64,000 nt of DNA from Laetmonice hystrix. Taxonomy: Eukaryota. Position 1 is the stretch's first letter. Every line of letters begins with the position of its first letter. A program made the translations under genes and the position numbers. Positions 1 through 13,100 of this stretch are shown in pieces. The notes beneath the pieces are model-generated. The model had not been told where the DNA came from and did no database searches. It saw only the letters and a program-made list of their open reading frames with translations. The DNA lies in NCBI GenBank assembly GCA_965235115.1, contig OZ249436.1:23500001-23564000 (forward strand). The letters run 5' to 3'.

Positions 1-496
1 GTTGCTGAAGAGCTCCGTAGTAGGATAAGCCAAACCCGTTTGGCCCAAATAGTCTTCAGCGACCGAGCCGAGGTGCACATCCCATTCGTAGATGATGACG
101 CCACGCAGAGAGGCCGTTCTTTTAATGTAAGCGTGGATGAAACGCCCTACTTTGGGTCGACGACGAATATTTCGGGTGCATTGCTAACAGCTGTCGAACT
201 ATTACAGAGTCAGTCCCGCTTATCAATGGAACAACGGCTTATAATGCTTATCACGGATGGTCAGGCCAATGTGGACACAGCCCGGACACTGACGTCCGCG
301 GCGGAAGCTCGCCGTGTAGCCCAGGTTTTTGCAGTGGGAGTCACAGATTCGGTGGATATAACGGAGCTGCGTGCGATCGTCAATGAAGTTCCTAATGCGC
401 GAAACAGCAGGGTGATCACTGTAGACGACTTCAAGGGTTTGACACAGAGGACTGGAGACGTTATCAGGGTCGTTTGCCCCACTCAACCGCCACCTG
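1..496 (+). CDS. Exon (5' end outside window) of a vWA-vWA-collagen extracellular matrix protein; vWA domain 1
   Basis: Frame is open from base 1 (VAEELRSRISQTRLAQIVFSD...GSTTNISGAL...LIMLITDG...VFAVGV...VVCPTQPP) with typical vWA strand/helix motifs. It ends at a phase-1 donor G|GTGAGT at 497. Confidence 0.9.
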
Positions 497-740
497 GTGA
501 GTGAAACTAATGGTACCTAAACAGTCGACCTGCCCGTTAATGCCTCGGCTAGAAAGATACGCAGATAAAAGTTATGATACAGGGCCTACGTCTTTGCCCT
601 TTCCCGGACCTTTTGTTTGCCTCCACTCACCCCCCCCCCCCCTCCCCCGCCGTAAAGTTTTAAGAGTGACGTCGCCACTGGGTTGTAGTGCATGATTAAG
701 AGAGCTCATAAGGCCTAAGTGCGTTTCTTCTACTTTTCAG

Positions 741-880
741 TTGTATGCAATTCCAGGGCAAACATAGTGTTTGTGTCAGATTCGTCAGGAAGCGTGGTTG
801 ATCTAGGGTTGTGGCAGTTTATCCTTCGAGTTCAAGCCGACATCGTGGAACGACTAATTATAGGCCCACAACATTTCCAG
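741..880 (+). CDS. Exon: start of vWA domain 2 with MIDAS DxSxS motif
   Basis: Acceptor TTTTCAG ends at 740 and phase 1 matches. Reads VVCNSRANIVFVSDSSGSVVDLGLWQFILRVQADIVERLIIGPQHFQ; phase-0 donor CAG|GTTTGG. Missing from the ORF track. Confidence 0.9.
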
Positions 881-1021
881 GTTTGGCCTTAGGCTTATTG
901 GGCTCTATTTTACTGTCTACATTCACGGTGTATTCTTGAAAACTCTACTCTATTTGGCCTATACGTCTTGGATGAAGATACGGATGGCACAGCTAAGAAT
1001 CGGTGTCTATCGTGTTTTCAG

Positions 1022-1290
1022 GTTGCTTCTATACAGTTTAGCGACCAGGCGACAGTGAACTTCGGCCTTAACCGGTTTCTGACTCAAGTCTCGCTGGTAC
1101 GCGCTATCCTGGCCACAAACTTCACGAACGTGGGCCTGACAACACGAGCTTCCGGTCTGATCGCAGCCAGCGACCTTCTGGCGTCTCACGAAACGGCCCG
1201 GACGCTGAGAGACGTTCCCAACATCGTCTTGCTCATCACTGACGGTTTCTCGGACCAGGCCACCGAGGACTTCTTGGACGCCGCTAGGAG
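1022..1290 (+). CDS. Exon: core of vWA domain 2
   Basis: Acceptor TTTTCAG ends at 1021. Reads VASIQFSDQATVNFGL...GLTTRASGL...VPNIVLLITDGFSD...DAAR; phase-2 donor AG|GTACGA. Confidence 0.9.
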
Positions 1291-3398
1291 GTACGACTGG
1301 TGGCACTTTGCGAGTTCTAAGTGCCCTTAATCCATCTTCTGGTTTTTAGTTGCATTTATTGTAGTTATGTAGGCGTTATGTGCCTAGTCAACATATGATT
1401 TTCAAGAGAATTTTTTCAACCCGGAATCCATATTCTACAGGGTGCATAAACAAAGGATAGGCTACACTCAGAAAAATTAACCAGAAACGAACCTTTCATC
1501 GTTTTCAGCAAATCCGTCCATTAGTAGATGAAGGTTTCACGCATTTATTAACATCACGATCATGTACAGCATGTCACGCCTGTGTGAACAGGGGCCAGTT
1601 TAGTAAAGACAAAAATGCAAGGTTTAAAACAGGATAAGAGAACAGAGGAGGGAAATTTAACATGTGCTGTGTTTACTACAAATTCCTTGGAAAAGAAAAA
1701 GTGTTAGTCCTCCACATGACCGCCATTTCTTTACACACATCTTTGCACCCTCCCCAGCATATCTTCCGAAGCGGCCAGATGATCACCCTGGCAGTTAGAA
1801 CACTTTGCAGTGTTCTGACAGGTGTTGCCGAAACAAACCTATGGCCGCATCAAAGGATATGCTCTACTCTGACATGGCAAATCACAGTAACTCCTATTTT
1901 GGTGATTTTGAGTTTTCTTCAAATACATACATCACTAGAAATGATGGACGTTAGGCTGTGCATGGATAGCGCAACAATTAAGTTGAGCCGGTGCGGTTGT
2001 GACGTCTTGGATTGTGACGTGCTGGCCTGCACTGCAGTCTAGACTGAGCCTACTCAGCTCCTCGGGGACGTCACGCCTAGGCGTAATGCATTTAAAGGGC
2101 TAAAATTAGGGATTTTGTACAAAATATTAAATTACATTTATTATTTTATAATAATAAAACCCCCCTAAACAAATAGTACTATGTGAAAATAGTAATCATT
2201 AAAATTTTGATCTGTCATTTTTACACTTTTGTACGCCAGTATTTTATCATGCGTTTTCCCATAGGATTCAATAGAAAAAAAAGAAAAAACGGGATATAGG
2301 AAATATATCGTGAAAATGACTTTTCACTTTTTTCTTAAGTTTTTTGTCATTTATTGTGATTAATACTGCAGTTGTATATTATATAAAATGTAAATGCATG
2401 GGAAGCCATGTATTTGTTTTCAGAGGTCATATATGTCATGAATGCATAATACTCCCATTGTACAGTATGACCTTGACCCCTAAATAATTAAAGTGCTATA
2501 ATTTCCTGAATAATGATCCGATTTTGATGATCTTGGGCTCTACAGCTTTGTTTTAAAGATATCTATACAGTGCATCAATAAAACAGCTCTTACATTATTA
2601 AGTCCAATTTTCGTTTTCAAGGTCATTTGAAGGACATTTCAGGTCATTTCTTTTTTTATGGAAAAAAATGTCTTAATTGATAACAAGATTAAATCACTTT
2701 AGGTTGTGAACCTTTGTGAAGTAAGAAACAAAGTTATTGAGCAATATCCGTCATTTCTAGTGATACATTCTCTTGGCACCACAAGCGTTATTCTAAGAGA
2801 TATGCTGTGGCAGATCACAGTATCTCCACAAACACTGAAGTCAGTGCAATGTCAGAACACAGTAATTTTTACAAGTTGCTGTGTTTTGACATGACACGTA
2901 CTGAATAAGGTGGAGTTACTGTTCTTTATAATGACAACGTTATAGTGTGTTATAATGTGTCTTACGTTTCGACGTCACAATAAACACTATTTGACCCAGT
3001 CACATAAACTGGAAGGTTCTTTGCAGCTTTAGACCTGAATGTTTAGCCGCATGGCACTGAGACGGGGCAAATTAATTCTTGATCTTGCCTTGAAGAAGAT
3101 CGATGAGCCTAGTATTGCAAGTATTGCAAAATACTCACATCTACAACTTTAAAGGGGCATATTATGAGGAAACGTGAAAAATCTCTATTTCAAAGAACTT
3201 TTGCTGTTTTCATGAAGAGATCCTTCATTAAAGGCAATCGCGCCATTTTAGATCTGACGTTGAAAAAGCTTAGATATTGGGCAGAAGTGAAGATCTATAT
3301 CTCTACTTTACAAAAACATGAAAAAATTATATGGTCACCGTGGAAACCTGAGAGTGACAGCACTGCCACCTTGTGGCCCGTTTGGAAATCAGGTAGGA

Positions 3399-4990
3399 CT
3401 ACACAGAAAATCTCAGCGGGCAAAAACTACTCAAATATTCGTCAATCTGAGTAGTTTTGCCTACTCAATCCAAGTACCTCAAAAGGAGTAGTTTTGGGTA
3501 CTCAAATCTTCCTGTCTGACGAAGGTAAACTCGTCAATTCGTCAAACATTCGTCAGAAACTCGTCATCATTTGTAAATAGGTGTTATAATTTCTTTTCTT
3601 TTCTGAACCAAGAGAACGCCGTCCAGTACTGTAAAGGGGGACTTATATGCCTGAAACAGAGGGCGTCATTTTTATGGATTACGTGTAAATACAAAGGAAT
3701 TAAGCAAAATCAACTTTGAAGAAAAAAAGAAATACAAAACATGTCTTTTTCAGATAGATTTTAATGTAGGCCTATTGCAAAGGTCACATCCATTCAGTAT
3801 CCAGTCACGATACCCACGAACGTAACTGATAAGAAGTGAAATGGCCATGATGTTGTCTGGCCATTTCTAGGACGAATAAACCTTTCGTCTCAAGCCACGA
3901 CAGGCCTCCCAGCCCATTTAAAGTACACTGGAATCAAAGCAAAAATTATCCCTTGGAGGAACAAACCTTTTTGTCTCCTACCATGACAGACCTCCCAGCA
4001 CATTAAAAGGAAAATCTTGATTACAAAAATAGGTACACAATTATCCTGGTTTCATTTTGAGGCTGCCTCGAGTTCATTGCAACCTATAATTAATCTGATA
4101 TTTACTATTGTTAATCTATAATTCTATATTTATAATCTATATCTATAATTCTATATTTAATTTTATATTTAATTTTATATTTAATTATATACTTAATTCT
4201 ATACTTAAGGTTCATATAATTAATTCTATAACTAATCTATAATTCTATATTCTATATTTAATTATTATTATATCTACATTTTTGTATATTTATTATATCT
4301 ATATTTATATTATATTTATATTTAATTAATAAATCTTCTATTTCTATTCCTATTCTAATTTCTAATTAATCTGTTGATCATTGCAAGGATCACACCTGGC
4401 TCAAACAGTGAAAACCAGATAAGCAGATGTCGCTTGACCTACCTACACCACATCGTACACGTAACATGGTCCTCATGGTCGTGAATCGTGATGGCTCACT
4501 GTCACAAGGTTGCCTTATCATGAACGGGTATAAATAAAAAATATCATCATATGTGATACGTTATTTCATCTTTCGTTAATATATCTCTAGTCTGTTTGCT
4601 CCAAGAAGAGCTCGACCTCGGCCTCATTAAAGCTCTGACCTGCCCCCCTCCTCCCATCTACCCACAGCTGGCGTATCACAAGTCATCACCGCCTGTCATT
4701 CAAGAATATGACCAAATTCCACGTGGTTCTGTATTACCCCAAATGAAGTAATAGCTTTAATGAGGCCGAGGTCGAGCTCTTCTTAGAGTGAACAGTCTAT
4801 AGAGAGGTTCAACTACTTACCTCTCATGTAGATCTAGGCCTCCGAAGTTCGATCTCTGAGGTTCGACCTGCTCTTCGCGACTTTTTCATGCACGCTTTTG
4901 AAAATGTTCAAACTTACCGTTAAAAGCGTATTCCATGTAACCCTTAAAATTCGTCAAAACCCTTTATAACTACTCAGATTGACGAATATT
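3399..4990. mobile_element. Unclassified insertion in K1 copy 1 with subterminal inverted repeats and an AT-rich core
   Basis: Absent from K1 copy 2. AATATTCGTCAATCTGAGTAGTT (~3433) is the reverse complement of AACTACTCAGATTGACGAATATT (~4969-4990). AT-rich low-complexity stretch at ~4090-4370. Confidence 0.55.
4588..4799. mobile_element. Small MITE with ~45-bp TIRs (TAGTCTG...CAGTCTA)
   Basis: AAGAGCTCGACCTCGGCCTCATTAAAGCT has a perfect inverted copy at ~4753-4781. Confidence 0.65.
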
Positions 4991-5946
4991 GTTATTTATT
5001 CACAATTATAAACCACTTGACGACACCAGTTCAATCAGGAGACATGGATTAATGAAAATACACCAAAGAAATAAAAAAATGCAGGTTTTGGGGTGTTTCC
5101 AGGATACATATAATTCAACTGAAAAGTTATTTTTCGGCAGTCAGATCGGGAAATCGCGTACCAAAAAAAATTCAACGTTGCCAAGTTTTCAAAATTGCAG
5201 CAGCGTATGCCTGAAAGGCTGCGTTATCATATGCACACAAAAAAAATAGGGGTCACCATGGTTATTTTTTCAGTAACACGCTCCCTTTACCCCCGAGTTT
5301 GGCCCAAAACTGATTTTTTTACACGTCAAATGTAGGAATTTCTATTTTTATGCAAAATAGACACCCTAGTTATATCAAATGCTAAAATCCTTTCAAATAT
5401 TCACCGTTTGAAGATATGAATATGAAAAGGTACAAATATATAACAAATTTCATGTAATATGTCTCCATCAGTGCTACATAGATTATAGCAGATATAATGT
5501 GCCCATATTTTACTCTGCTTTGATATACTACTAATCATCCTGCTTCACCCTGTACGCATATTTCACTACATAAGTAATGGAAAAACAGATCCAAAGATTC
5601 TCCAAAGATTACTGAGACAAGTGCGACTTTGAGGGGCAGCACTTGGCATTTCACGTAGGGTATAGGGCCTCCTGGCCAGGCCCTCTGGCAGCGTGTTCGA
5701 CCAGCGGTGACCCAGTCACGCGATATGAGCCGTAGATGGCTGAGGAGTTACGGGCCCGACTTGCTCGCAAACAACCGGGCCGTGTGGACGTTATATTCGT
5801 CCAATAATCATAATCAAGGTCGGAATAGAAATTTAATAACCGTTGCACTCTGAAAATATCGATTTCATGCTTAGTGGAAGAAGTTTAGTATTAAAACGAA
5901 GGCCACAAAGTTGCGATAATGGACCTCTTCGCAGAGCGTCGCCGGG

Positions 5947-6196
5947 ATGCGATTCCCCCCCCCCCCCCAAACAGGTTTGCCATGACGCTTGGAGTCAAAT
6001 TGTTCAAAAAGGGTTAGAGTTAGGGTTAGAGTTAGGGATAGCATAGGTTATTAACTCTTAGGGATTTACGGTTAGTTAGGGATAAGGATAGTGATATTCC
6101 AACACAGTTGAGAGCAGCTAGGCTAACTGTCACGTGCGTCCTACTCGGCATTTGATTGGACAAAATGGCAAACCTGTTTGGGGAAAAAAGATGCCA
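5947..6196. mobile_element. Small insertion with subterminal inverted repeats and a TTAGGG-like core
   Basis: Flanked by CCGGG direct repeats (5942-5946, 6197-6201) and absent from K1 copy 2. Contains the CCCCAAACAGGTTTGCCAT / ATGGCAAACCTGTTTGGGG inverted pair and GGGTTAGAGTTAGGGTTAGAGTTAGGG at ~6011. Confidence 0.65.
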
Positions 6197-7126
6197 CCGG
6201 GCCAGGGTCACTACAGCTGGGGTGGTTTCTGATGTTTCCGAAAAGCCTACATTCCTTACACAGCTTCTTGGGAATTTCTGTAAATTTTCCCCTCTTCACT
6301 TTCACTTTATAAACCTTCCTTTCTGCTTCGCAGGCATATTCAGTCGTATAGATGGTAACACCTTTGCTTATAAGGTCGAAGTCGGTCGCCAAACAAAAAT
6401 ACCGCGCAGCAGCAACTGACTTGAGTGGTACAAAACACGTATACCGGGCACGGCTACACTCGCTTAACATGCGCAACGACGATGCACATAAACAAACGGC
6501 GCAATTGCCTTTAAAATTGCTTGGTAAACAAAGACAGACTTACCAGTTTCATTTTGCGTGAGAAATCGAAGTTTATGAAGCTCCCTTGCCCGCTTCTCCA
6601 CAGATTTCGTATAAAATATTTTTTGGGTGGCATTCTGATGCTGGATGATCGAGTGCAACTGCTGAATTGTTTACAACTAAGCGAAGCACGTCACTATAAG
6701 CAGAGAGTGCACACGCAGGATGTGACACAGTATGCAATTACACAGGTTGATGGGAGGTTGTCTACCAAATTATGGCGGGAGATGTGCTATCGGGAGAAAT
6801 CTAGGCGTTTGGACGTATAGAACCTACTTGTGCTGCATATGCAGCGAAGACACGTCAGAGGACAAAATGCTGTGGTAGGATTATTTACTTGGATCCCTAG
6901 TACATGGTCATGTTGGATAATTGCCGGAAATCCTCCAAAAGGTGTTCCATAGCATGCCGCTTTAAACCCCTCCCCTTCAAAATACAGTGTAAATTCCATG
7001 TATTTAGCATGGCTTAGCCACATAACAAAGTTAGGGTATCAATAACGTAGGCTATTATGTAAATGTAGGTTATATAGTGCTGCTATGAACATAGATCTAT
7101 GGATAGGTTTCATAATCTCTCGTTAA

Positions 7127-7283
7127 ACCTTTCCAGTCGTATTGAAAGTCTCACATGTTTCCTATAATATCAAACTTGCTTAAATAAAATCTATGGACTT
7201 TTTCCCCCTATGAATTTTTGTGTGTAATTTTGTCTGAAAATCGCCCAGCCCCCTGGCAGGGTACAGGGCTAGACTGGAAAGGG
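7127..7283. mobile_element. piggyBac-like MITE
   Basis: TTAA|ACCTTTCCAGTC ... GACTGGAAAGGG|TTAA. Confidence 0.6.
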
Positions 7284-7764
7284 TTAACCTGCTTTATCAT
7301 TAATGCCAATGTATTTTGAATGGGGATTTTAGATAACACAGCGACAAACTAATGTTAATTGTGAAATGCACCCCTGGGGCCATTTTGTTCTTCTTTTCTG
7401 CAGACCATGAGCAAAGCTGCGCTTCTGAGCACCATTTTACTGCTCATGGACATGGTAGAAGCCACAAATAGTGGGACATTTGGGAGTACGATCTACATAT
7501 GAGTACGATAACCAAGACCCCAATAATAATAATGAAATAATAATATAAAAAAACAGGCCAGCAAGTCTATGCTAAGAAGTTAATGAACTAGTTGCTATTC
7601 GTAGACTTAATACAATGAATTCACTTGTCCGTGCATTACTAGGGAAACCACTGCAGTTAGCTTAGAATTTATTTTGTCAGTAGCAAATATAGTTAGCGTG
7701 TGTGTCTACTTATAAAAGGCAATGTCCTTCCTCATAAAAATTCCAATTGGTCCATTTTCTATAA

Positions 7765-9405
7765 CGACGGTTGACCGCCATAAGGTCCCAAGCGCACTTG
7801 TGCCCATATTGAGATTTTAACACTTATGAGCAGCACTGCAGCTGGGCTATCATTTCTCAAAATATGGTTTGGATACGTTGAATAATCATGGAGTTATGAC
7901 CCAGATACCAAAGGGCATAAGTGCTCATGAGCCCTTCTGGAGTGTACCATGAACACGCTGAGGCTGTCTATAACGGAACAAATTGTTGTGGGCACGGCCC
8001 CCCCGGCCCATCTATATTAATGTCTTTTATTAGTATATTAATTGTTCATTGTATTTTCATCATGTATTTTATGTATTGTATTATTGTAGATCTATATCAA
8101 TTGTATATCAGCCAATTATTATATTGTAATGTATATATTAGCGGTAGTATTTAGAGTGTGTGTATGATGGAAACCTATACTGGCCTCCTCCATGTATTCC
8201 GGTAAGTCGAGTATCGAGGATGTGGGAGAAGAGGGAGCGGCGAACGGGAAGTATCGGATAGGCTGGCATGAGTTGACACGCAATAGCCGTCCCGTTCCCC
8301 TGGTCACTTGCCGGGAGGTCCTACAGTTAACTGGGGGTCATGACCGACCCCCGAAGCGCTGGCCTCCTGGCGATAGGAAGTGCCAGACGGATCCTGCGGG
8401 GAGGAGTCGCGTTGTGGTCAAGCCGCTTACCCGGTTGCTTCCCGTACATCCTGCGTCTCTCCGGGGTCATGGCCGGGCGCTGACACGCAGACGAACGGCT
8501 TTGGCCTGCAGGGGGTGACGTAAGGGTATACCCATCCCCACGGTGGGCCCGGGTGTCCGGCTGGTTGGCAGTGATTGACAGCTGCCAGTATGGGCACGGC
8601 TGGGAAGGACCGGATGGAGGAGGACCAATAAATAGGGGACCCATCATGTAGTAAAGTTAGATTTAGATTTTGCAGAGATTTGGTCGGATCAGTTCTGAGC
8701 TCCGCTCAGTTCTGAGAAGATATCATGAAGAGATTAGATTTGGATTTCAATTCGGATCAGTCCTGAGTTCAGCTCAGTTCTGAGTTGGATAGTTAGTACA
8801 GAGAGTTGGTAGGCGAGAGTCTTGAGGATGCGCTTGTAGTTGAAGATTCGAGAATACAACCATCACCGAAAACCAACTCGTTATGTTGTGATTAGGGGAC
8901 TGCAACATAATGCTTATATGTCCTTCTGGTTGGTAAATATTGCCATGCTTCAGCATGTTTCTGTATTCTACAAGGTAGCTGGTGCGTTTGTATCTTTATG
9001 GCACAATAAGAATCAATATACATTGTATACAGAATCTATTGCCTGTGCCACAAGGGAGCAAGTGCAATTGATACCTTCTGGCACGTTTCTATAAACTGGC
9101 ATATTCACTGATGGGGTAAGCCAAAAGGGCACACTGGTATATGTACCTTTCTGGCACCTCAGATCTCTGCTCATATGCATCTCTAACGTGCCCATAAGGG
9201 AACAAGTGTTATAATTATTAATAAATCAGCAAATATTTATGAAACACAGGTGACTGGATAGCCTGACATCTGGAATTATCGAAAGGTTTATAACTTTGCA
9301 AACAACAGGTAATAAAGTAGTGATTTGGTGAAGATATTATAGTTTTTCCCATTTTACTCAAAACAGCAAAAAATCACTTATGACCTTATGAGCGGTCAAC
9401 CGTCC
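7765..9405. mobile_element. Non-autonomous TIR element with 4-bp TSD (Sola-like, tentative)
   Basis: ATAA|CGACGGTTGACCGCCATAAGGTC ... GACCTTATGAGCGGTCAACCGTCC|ATAA, with degenerate internal repeats ending CCTTCTGG. Confidence 0.6.
7984..8907. mobile_element. Probable solo LTR (~924 bp) nested in the Sola-like element
   Basis: TGTTG...CAACA termini with AAAT/TAAT flanks. Removing it restores a host repeat unit (GGAACAAAT-GCTTATATGTCCTTCTGG). Short internal TCAGTTCTGAG repeats. Confidence 0.6.
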
Positions 9406-9721
9406 ATAAGGACCTACCTGTTCAGCATTTTCTTATGCATTGCCGATATTTATTGAAGTGTAGGATATTATCAGAAATCTGTGCCCTTTGATGCCACAAA
9501 CAAGACGTGGTTTCTGGGAATCTATATTTGAAAATGAAGCGGCAGAGGATCTGGTTCATGTTAACTAGTAAGGAACTTGCAGAAACTGATAACAACCAGA
9601 AACTTCTTCACTTCTCTTCATTTTTGAGGTTGATACTGTTATTTATCATGGCCTGCCACAAAGGAGATGTTCAGCCATTTCATGTCAAAACACAGTCCCT
9701 AATACCCCAGTCACACAGGAG

Positions 9722-10081
9722 TGTTAGGGACAGACACTTAGTTCAAAGAGAGTGCGCAAGACGGCGCCACTGTCGGCGTTTTTAGAACGGTTGTAGCTCT
9801 TTTGCCTTTTTTAATAGCGAGAAATGGGCGGAAGTAGAATAGGCGAACACGTGTGTGGGGCCAGAATAACGGGTCAACGTTGTTGAACCACACAAACGCA
9901 CTCTCTCTCTCAAACTCAAGGATCAAAGCCTACGGGAAGGTGAAGCATAAGAACTCAAGCCAAGGAACATGTAAGAATTAGCGAATAAACAGCTGTGAGT
10001 ATCAACCGTTGACGAGACTAGCCTATTTACTTCGCCTAACGTTAGGGATGGGAATGTGATCGCGGCCAGGCGTCACCTACA
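9722..10081 (+). repeat. 5' LTR (360 bp)
   Basis: Direct repeat of 16301-16662 with about ten differences by eye; AATAAA at 9984-9989. Confidence 0.95.
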
Positions 10082-10156
10082 GTTCAACAACGACCTACAA
10101 GTGCGGGCATTTAAGGATTCAAGCGTCGTGTCTGCAAGGCCACTAGAGGATTAATC

Positions 10157-13100
10157 ATGGATGCTGCGACACATCTAACAGGTGCTGAAAATGCAGAGAC
10201 ATTGTTCAGGAAAAGAAATGCGGTAAAGGACGATTTAGCTGAAGTGATAGTTAGCATAAGGAGTCAAGTCGCTAGGAGGCAGACAGTGCCACGAGGTGAG
10301 GTTTCAACCTTTCATGAACTCTGTGACAAGTTAGAGGGGGGTTAATTTAATGTATCATACTACAATCTCAGATGAAAAGGGGCGAGAAGACTCAGAGACT
10401 TTCATTAAGGTTTTGACTGAAGAAATAAACCGAGTTACATGGACATTAATAAACAACAAAGTGATGATGTGTCTTCAGTAAGTTCAGCAAGCCAGATTTC
10501 CCGTAAAACTGTTTTAAGTGACAAAGCCAGATTGGCAGGAAGGCATGCTGCATTGAAACTTGCCCAGGGTAAACTGGCGGAGAGGCAAGAAATAGAGAAG
10601 CTAGAGCTTCAGATACGGCAGAAAAAGGAGCACTTACAGCTAGAGATAGCTTTGGCAGAGGTGCAAGCTGCTCACGAGGTGTACGAGGAGGAGGATTGTG
10701 CCAGTGACCATCACACAGCTGCAGGATCATACCGATCACCAACAGCAGGACAGGCCATGGGGGCTACAGGTGCAGCTTCAGCAGTAAATCCAAGGGCAGT
10801 TGTGAGTGGAGGAAACAATGCAAACATTGAGGTGCAAGCTGCACACGAGGCGTACGAGGAGAAGGGCCGTGCCAGTGACCATAACACAGTTGCAGGATCC
10901 TACCGATCACCAACAACAGGACAGGCCATGGGGGCTACAGGTGCAGCTAGAACAGTAAATGCGAGGACAGCTGTGAGTGGAGGAAACAATGTGAACATTG
11001 AAAGTGGTAAACAGGCGAATGAGGCTGACAGTACAGGTCCAGGTGAGGTGACATTTCGATCTCCATATCATGTAACAGCTGCGGTGGCAGAAGATGAGGC
11101 AAAAGCAAGTACAGAACTGTTAACGCTCATTGGTCAAGGGCAAAAGCAACAACAAATGCTGATTGATGTGATGCAGCTACCCAAGGTTGAGTTAATGGAG
11201 TATGATGGTGACCCCATAAAATTCAATCTGTTTATGAAACAATTTGAAACAAGTGTGAACCATGCTACTGTGCCAGACAGATGTAAGTTAACCAGGTTGT
11301 TGAGATACTGTACTGGCAAAGCAAGAAGGGTAATCGAGTGTTGTGCTATAATGGGTTCTTCTGCGGGTTACAAAACAGCAATCAGGTTGTTGCATGAAAG
11401 GTTTGGTAACAAGTACAACATAGCTGAAGCCTGGGTTAATATGTTAGCCGAAGGAGCTGGAACTACAAGACTTAGCAGATGATATGAGAAGTTGTGTAGA
11501 AAGTCTAAGAGCTACAGGGTTACTCAATGAGGTGGGAACACAGAGAGTGTTGGTAAAGATTGTTGAAAGGTTACCTATGTACCTAAGGAACAGGTGGTTG
11601 AAGGAAGTCCATGGCATAAAGAAAAGGTATGACAGGTTACCAGGTATTGGTGAGTTGGTACAATTCATTGCTGATGCAGCTGAGGAATGTAATGATCCAG
11701 TATATGGTAACATTACGGGTACCGGTAACAGTAAGCCTGAGTACAGGCGTGGTGTAGTTAGGTCAGGTGCGTCATTCCACACCTCAATAGAAGACAAAGA
11801 AAAGGGTAATGATGTCAAAAAAACGGTAGTTGAACAAACCTGTGTGGTATGTAAGGGGAAGCATTGGCTCATGCAATGTGAGCAATTTAGAGCCATGACA
11901 CCTGAAGAAAGAGTGGGGTTGGCTAAAAGGCACCGATTGTGTTTTAATTGTTTGAAGGTAGGTCATGTAGGTCAAAGGTGTAGGCTTGACAGGACTTGCA
12001 TAGTGGATGGTTGTGGGCGAAAACACACAAAATATTTGCATCTTACACAAGGGGCAACACTGCCAACACGGCAGAGAGACAACGGAACACAACAGGATAC
12101 GACTGCATCTACGACAACAGAGGCTGTCTCGTGTAGTAATTCAGCAGGCAAGTCAAAGATAACCTTGCCAGTGGTGGTGGTTAAGGTACAGATACCTGGT
12201 GGAGACCCTGTCATGACATATGCTTTGCTTGATAGCGGATCGACTAGTTCGTTTTGCACGGAGGATCTAGCCCTTCAGTTAGGGGTAGAGGGTGAAAAAC
12301 GTTCGTTGTTGTTGTCTACTTTAGAAGACATACAGAAACCTATCAAAACATCAGCTATAGACCTAGAGGTAGCGGCAGCTGGGGAGGATCAGTTTTACAA
12401 GATGCCAAGCGTCTTCACAAGAAATGTGATACCAGTGAGTGCATGCCACATTGCAAGGCCTAATGAGTTATCGAAGTGGCCACATCTTCGGGACCTTCCT
12501 CTTCTGCAAATGGACAAGGCGGGGGTGTCAATCTTGATAGGTCAGGACAATCCAAACTTGCTGGTGCCCTGTGAAGTTCGCTGTGCAGGGCAAGGGGAAC
12601 TGTATGCTATCAAGACCGTTCTGGGTTGGGTTGTTAGTGGTCCACTACGTGAGGGTGGACAAGGTGTTGTTACATCACAGTTTATCAATGTAGACACACA
12701 TCTGGACAAGCAGGTAGAAAGGTTTTGGGCAGTGGAAAGTAGCGAATGGCTAAATGAAGAAACCCAATGTATGTCAATTAATGATCACAGGGTTATGAAG
12801 CTATGGGAAGACTCAAAGATGGAAACCCAAACCTGCCGAATAACAGGGAAATGGCAAGAACAAGACTACAGATGTTAGGGAAGCGTCTGACGAGAGACAA
12901 GGAGCTCCATGAACGGTATAAAGGGGAAGTTGAAGACATGATATCAAACGGTTATGCCGAACAGGTGTGCGATACGGAAAGAGGGGAGTCAGGAGGAATA
13001 TGGTATCTTCCTCATCATCCGGTTCTGAATCCCAAGAAGCCAGATAAATGCAGAATCGTGTTCGATTGCGCTGCTACATTTGGTGGAACGTCGTTAAACC

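Larger units (their letters stand above)
3232..6510. mobile_element. Kolobok-like non-autonomous element, family K1 copy 1 (nested)
   Basis: TTAA|AGGCAATCGCGCC ... GGCGCAATTGCCT|TTAA. The body is nearly identical to 24764-28425 apart from different nested insertions. Confidence 0.8.
3153..6961. mobile_element. Kolobok-like non-autonomous DNA transposon (outer element)
   Basis: TTAA|AGGGGCATATTATG ... CATAGCATGCCGCT|TTAA: imperfect TIRs with AG..CT termini and TTAA on both flanks. Confidence 0.55.

Noticed and set aside
40..1330. ORF-track starts and stops for the vWA ORFs as stand-alone genes
   Set aside because: They are exons with phase-compatible GT-AG sites; the listed starts and stops lie mid-exon or in introns.
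8192..8647. GC-rich overlapping ORFs of ~107 aa
   Set aside because: They lie inside the probable solo LTR, with no domain similarity or splice support.
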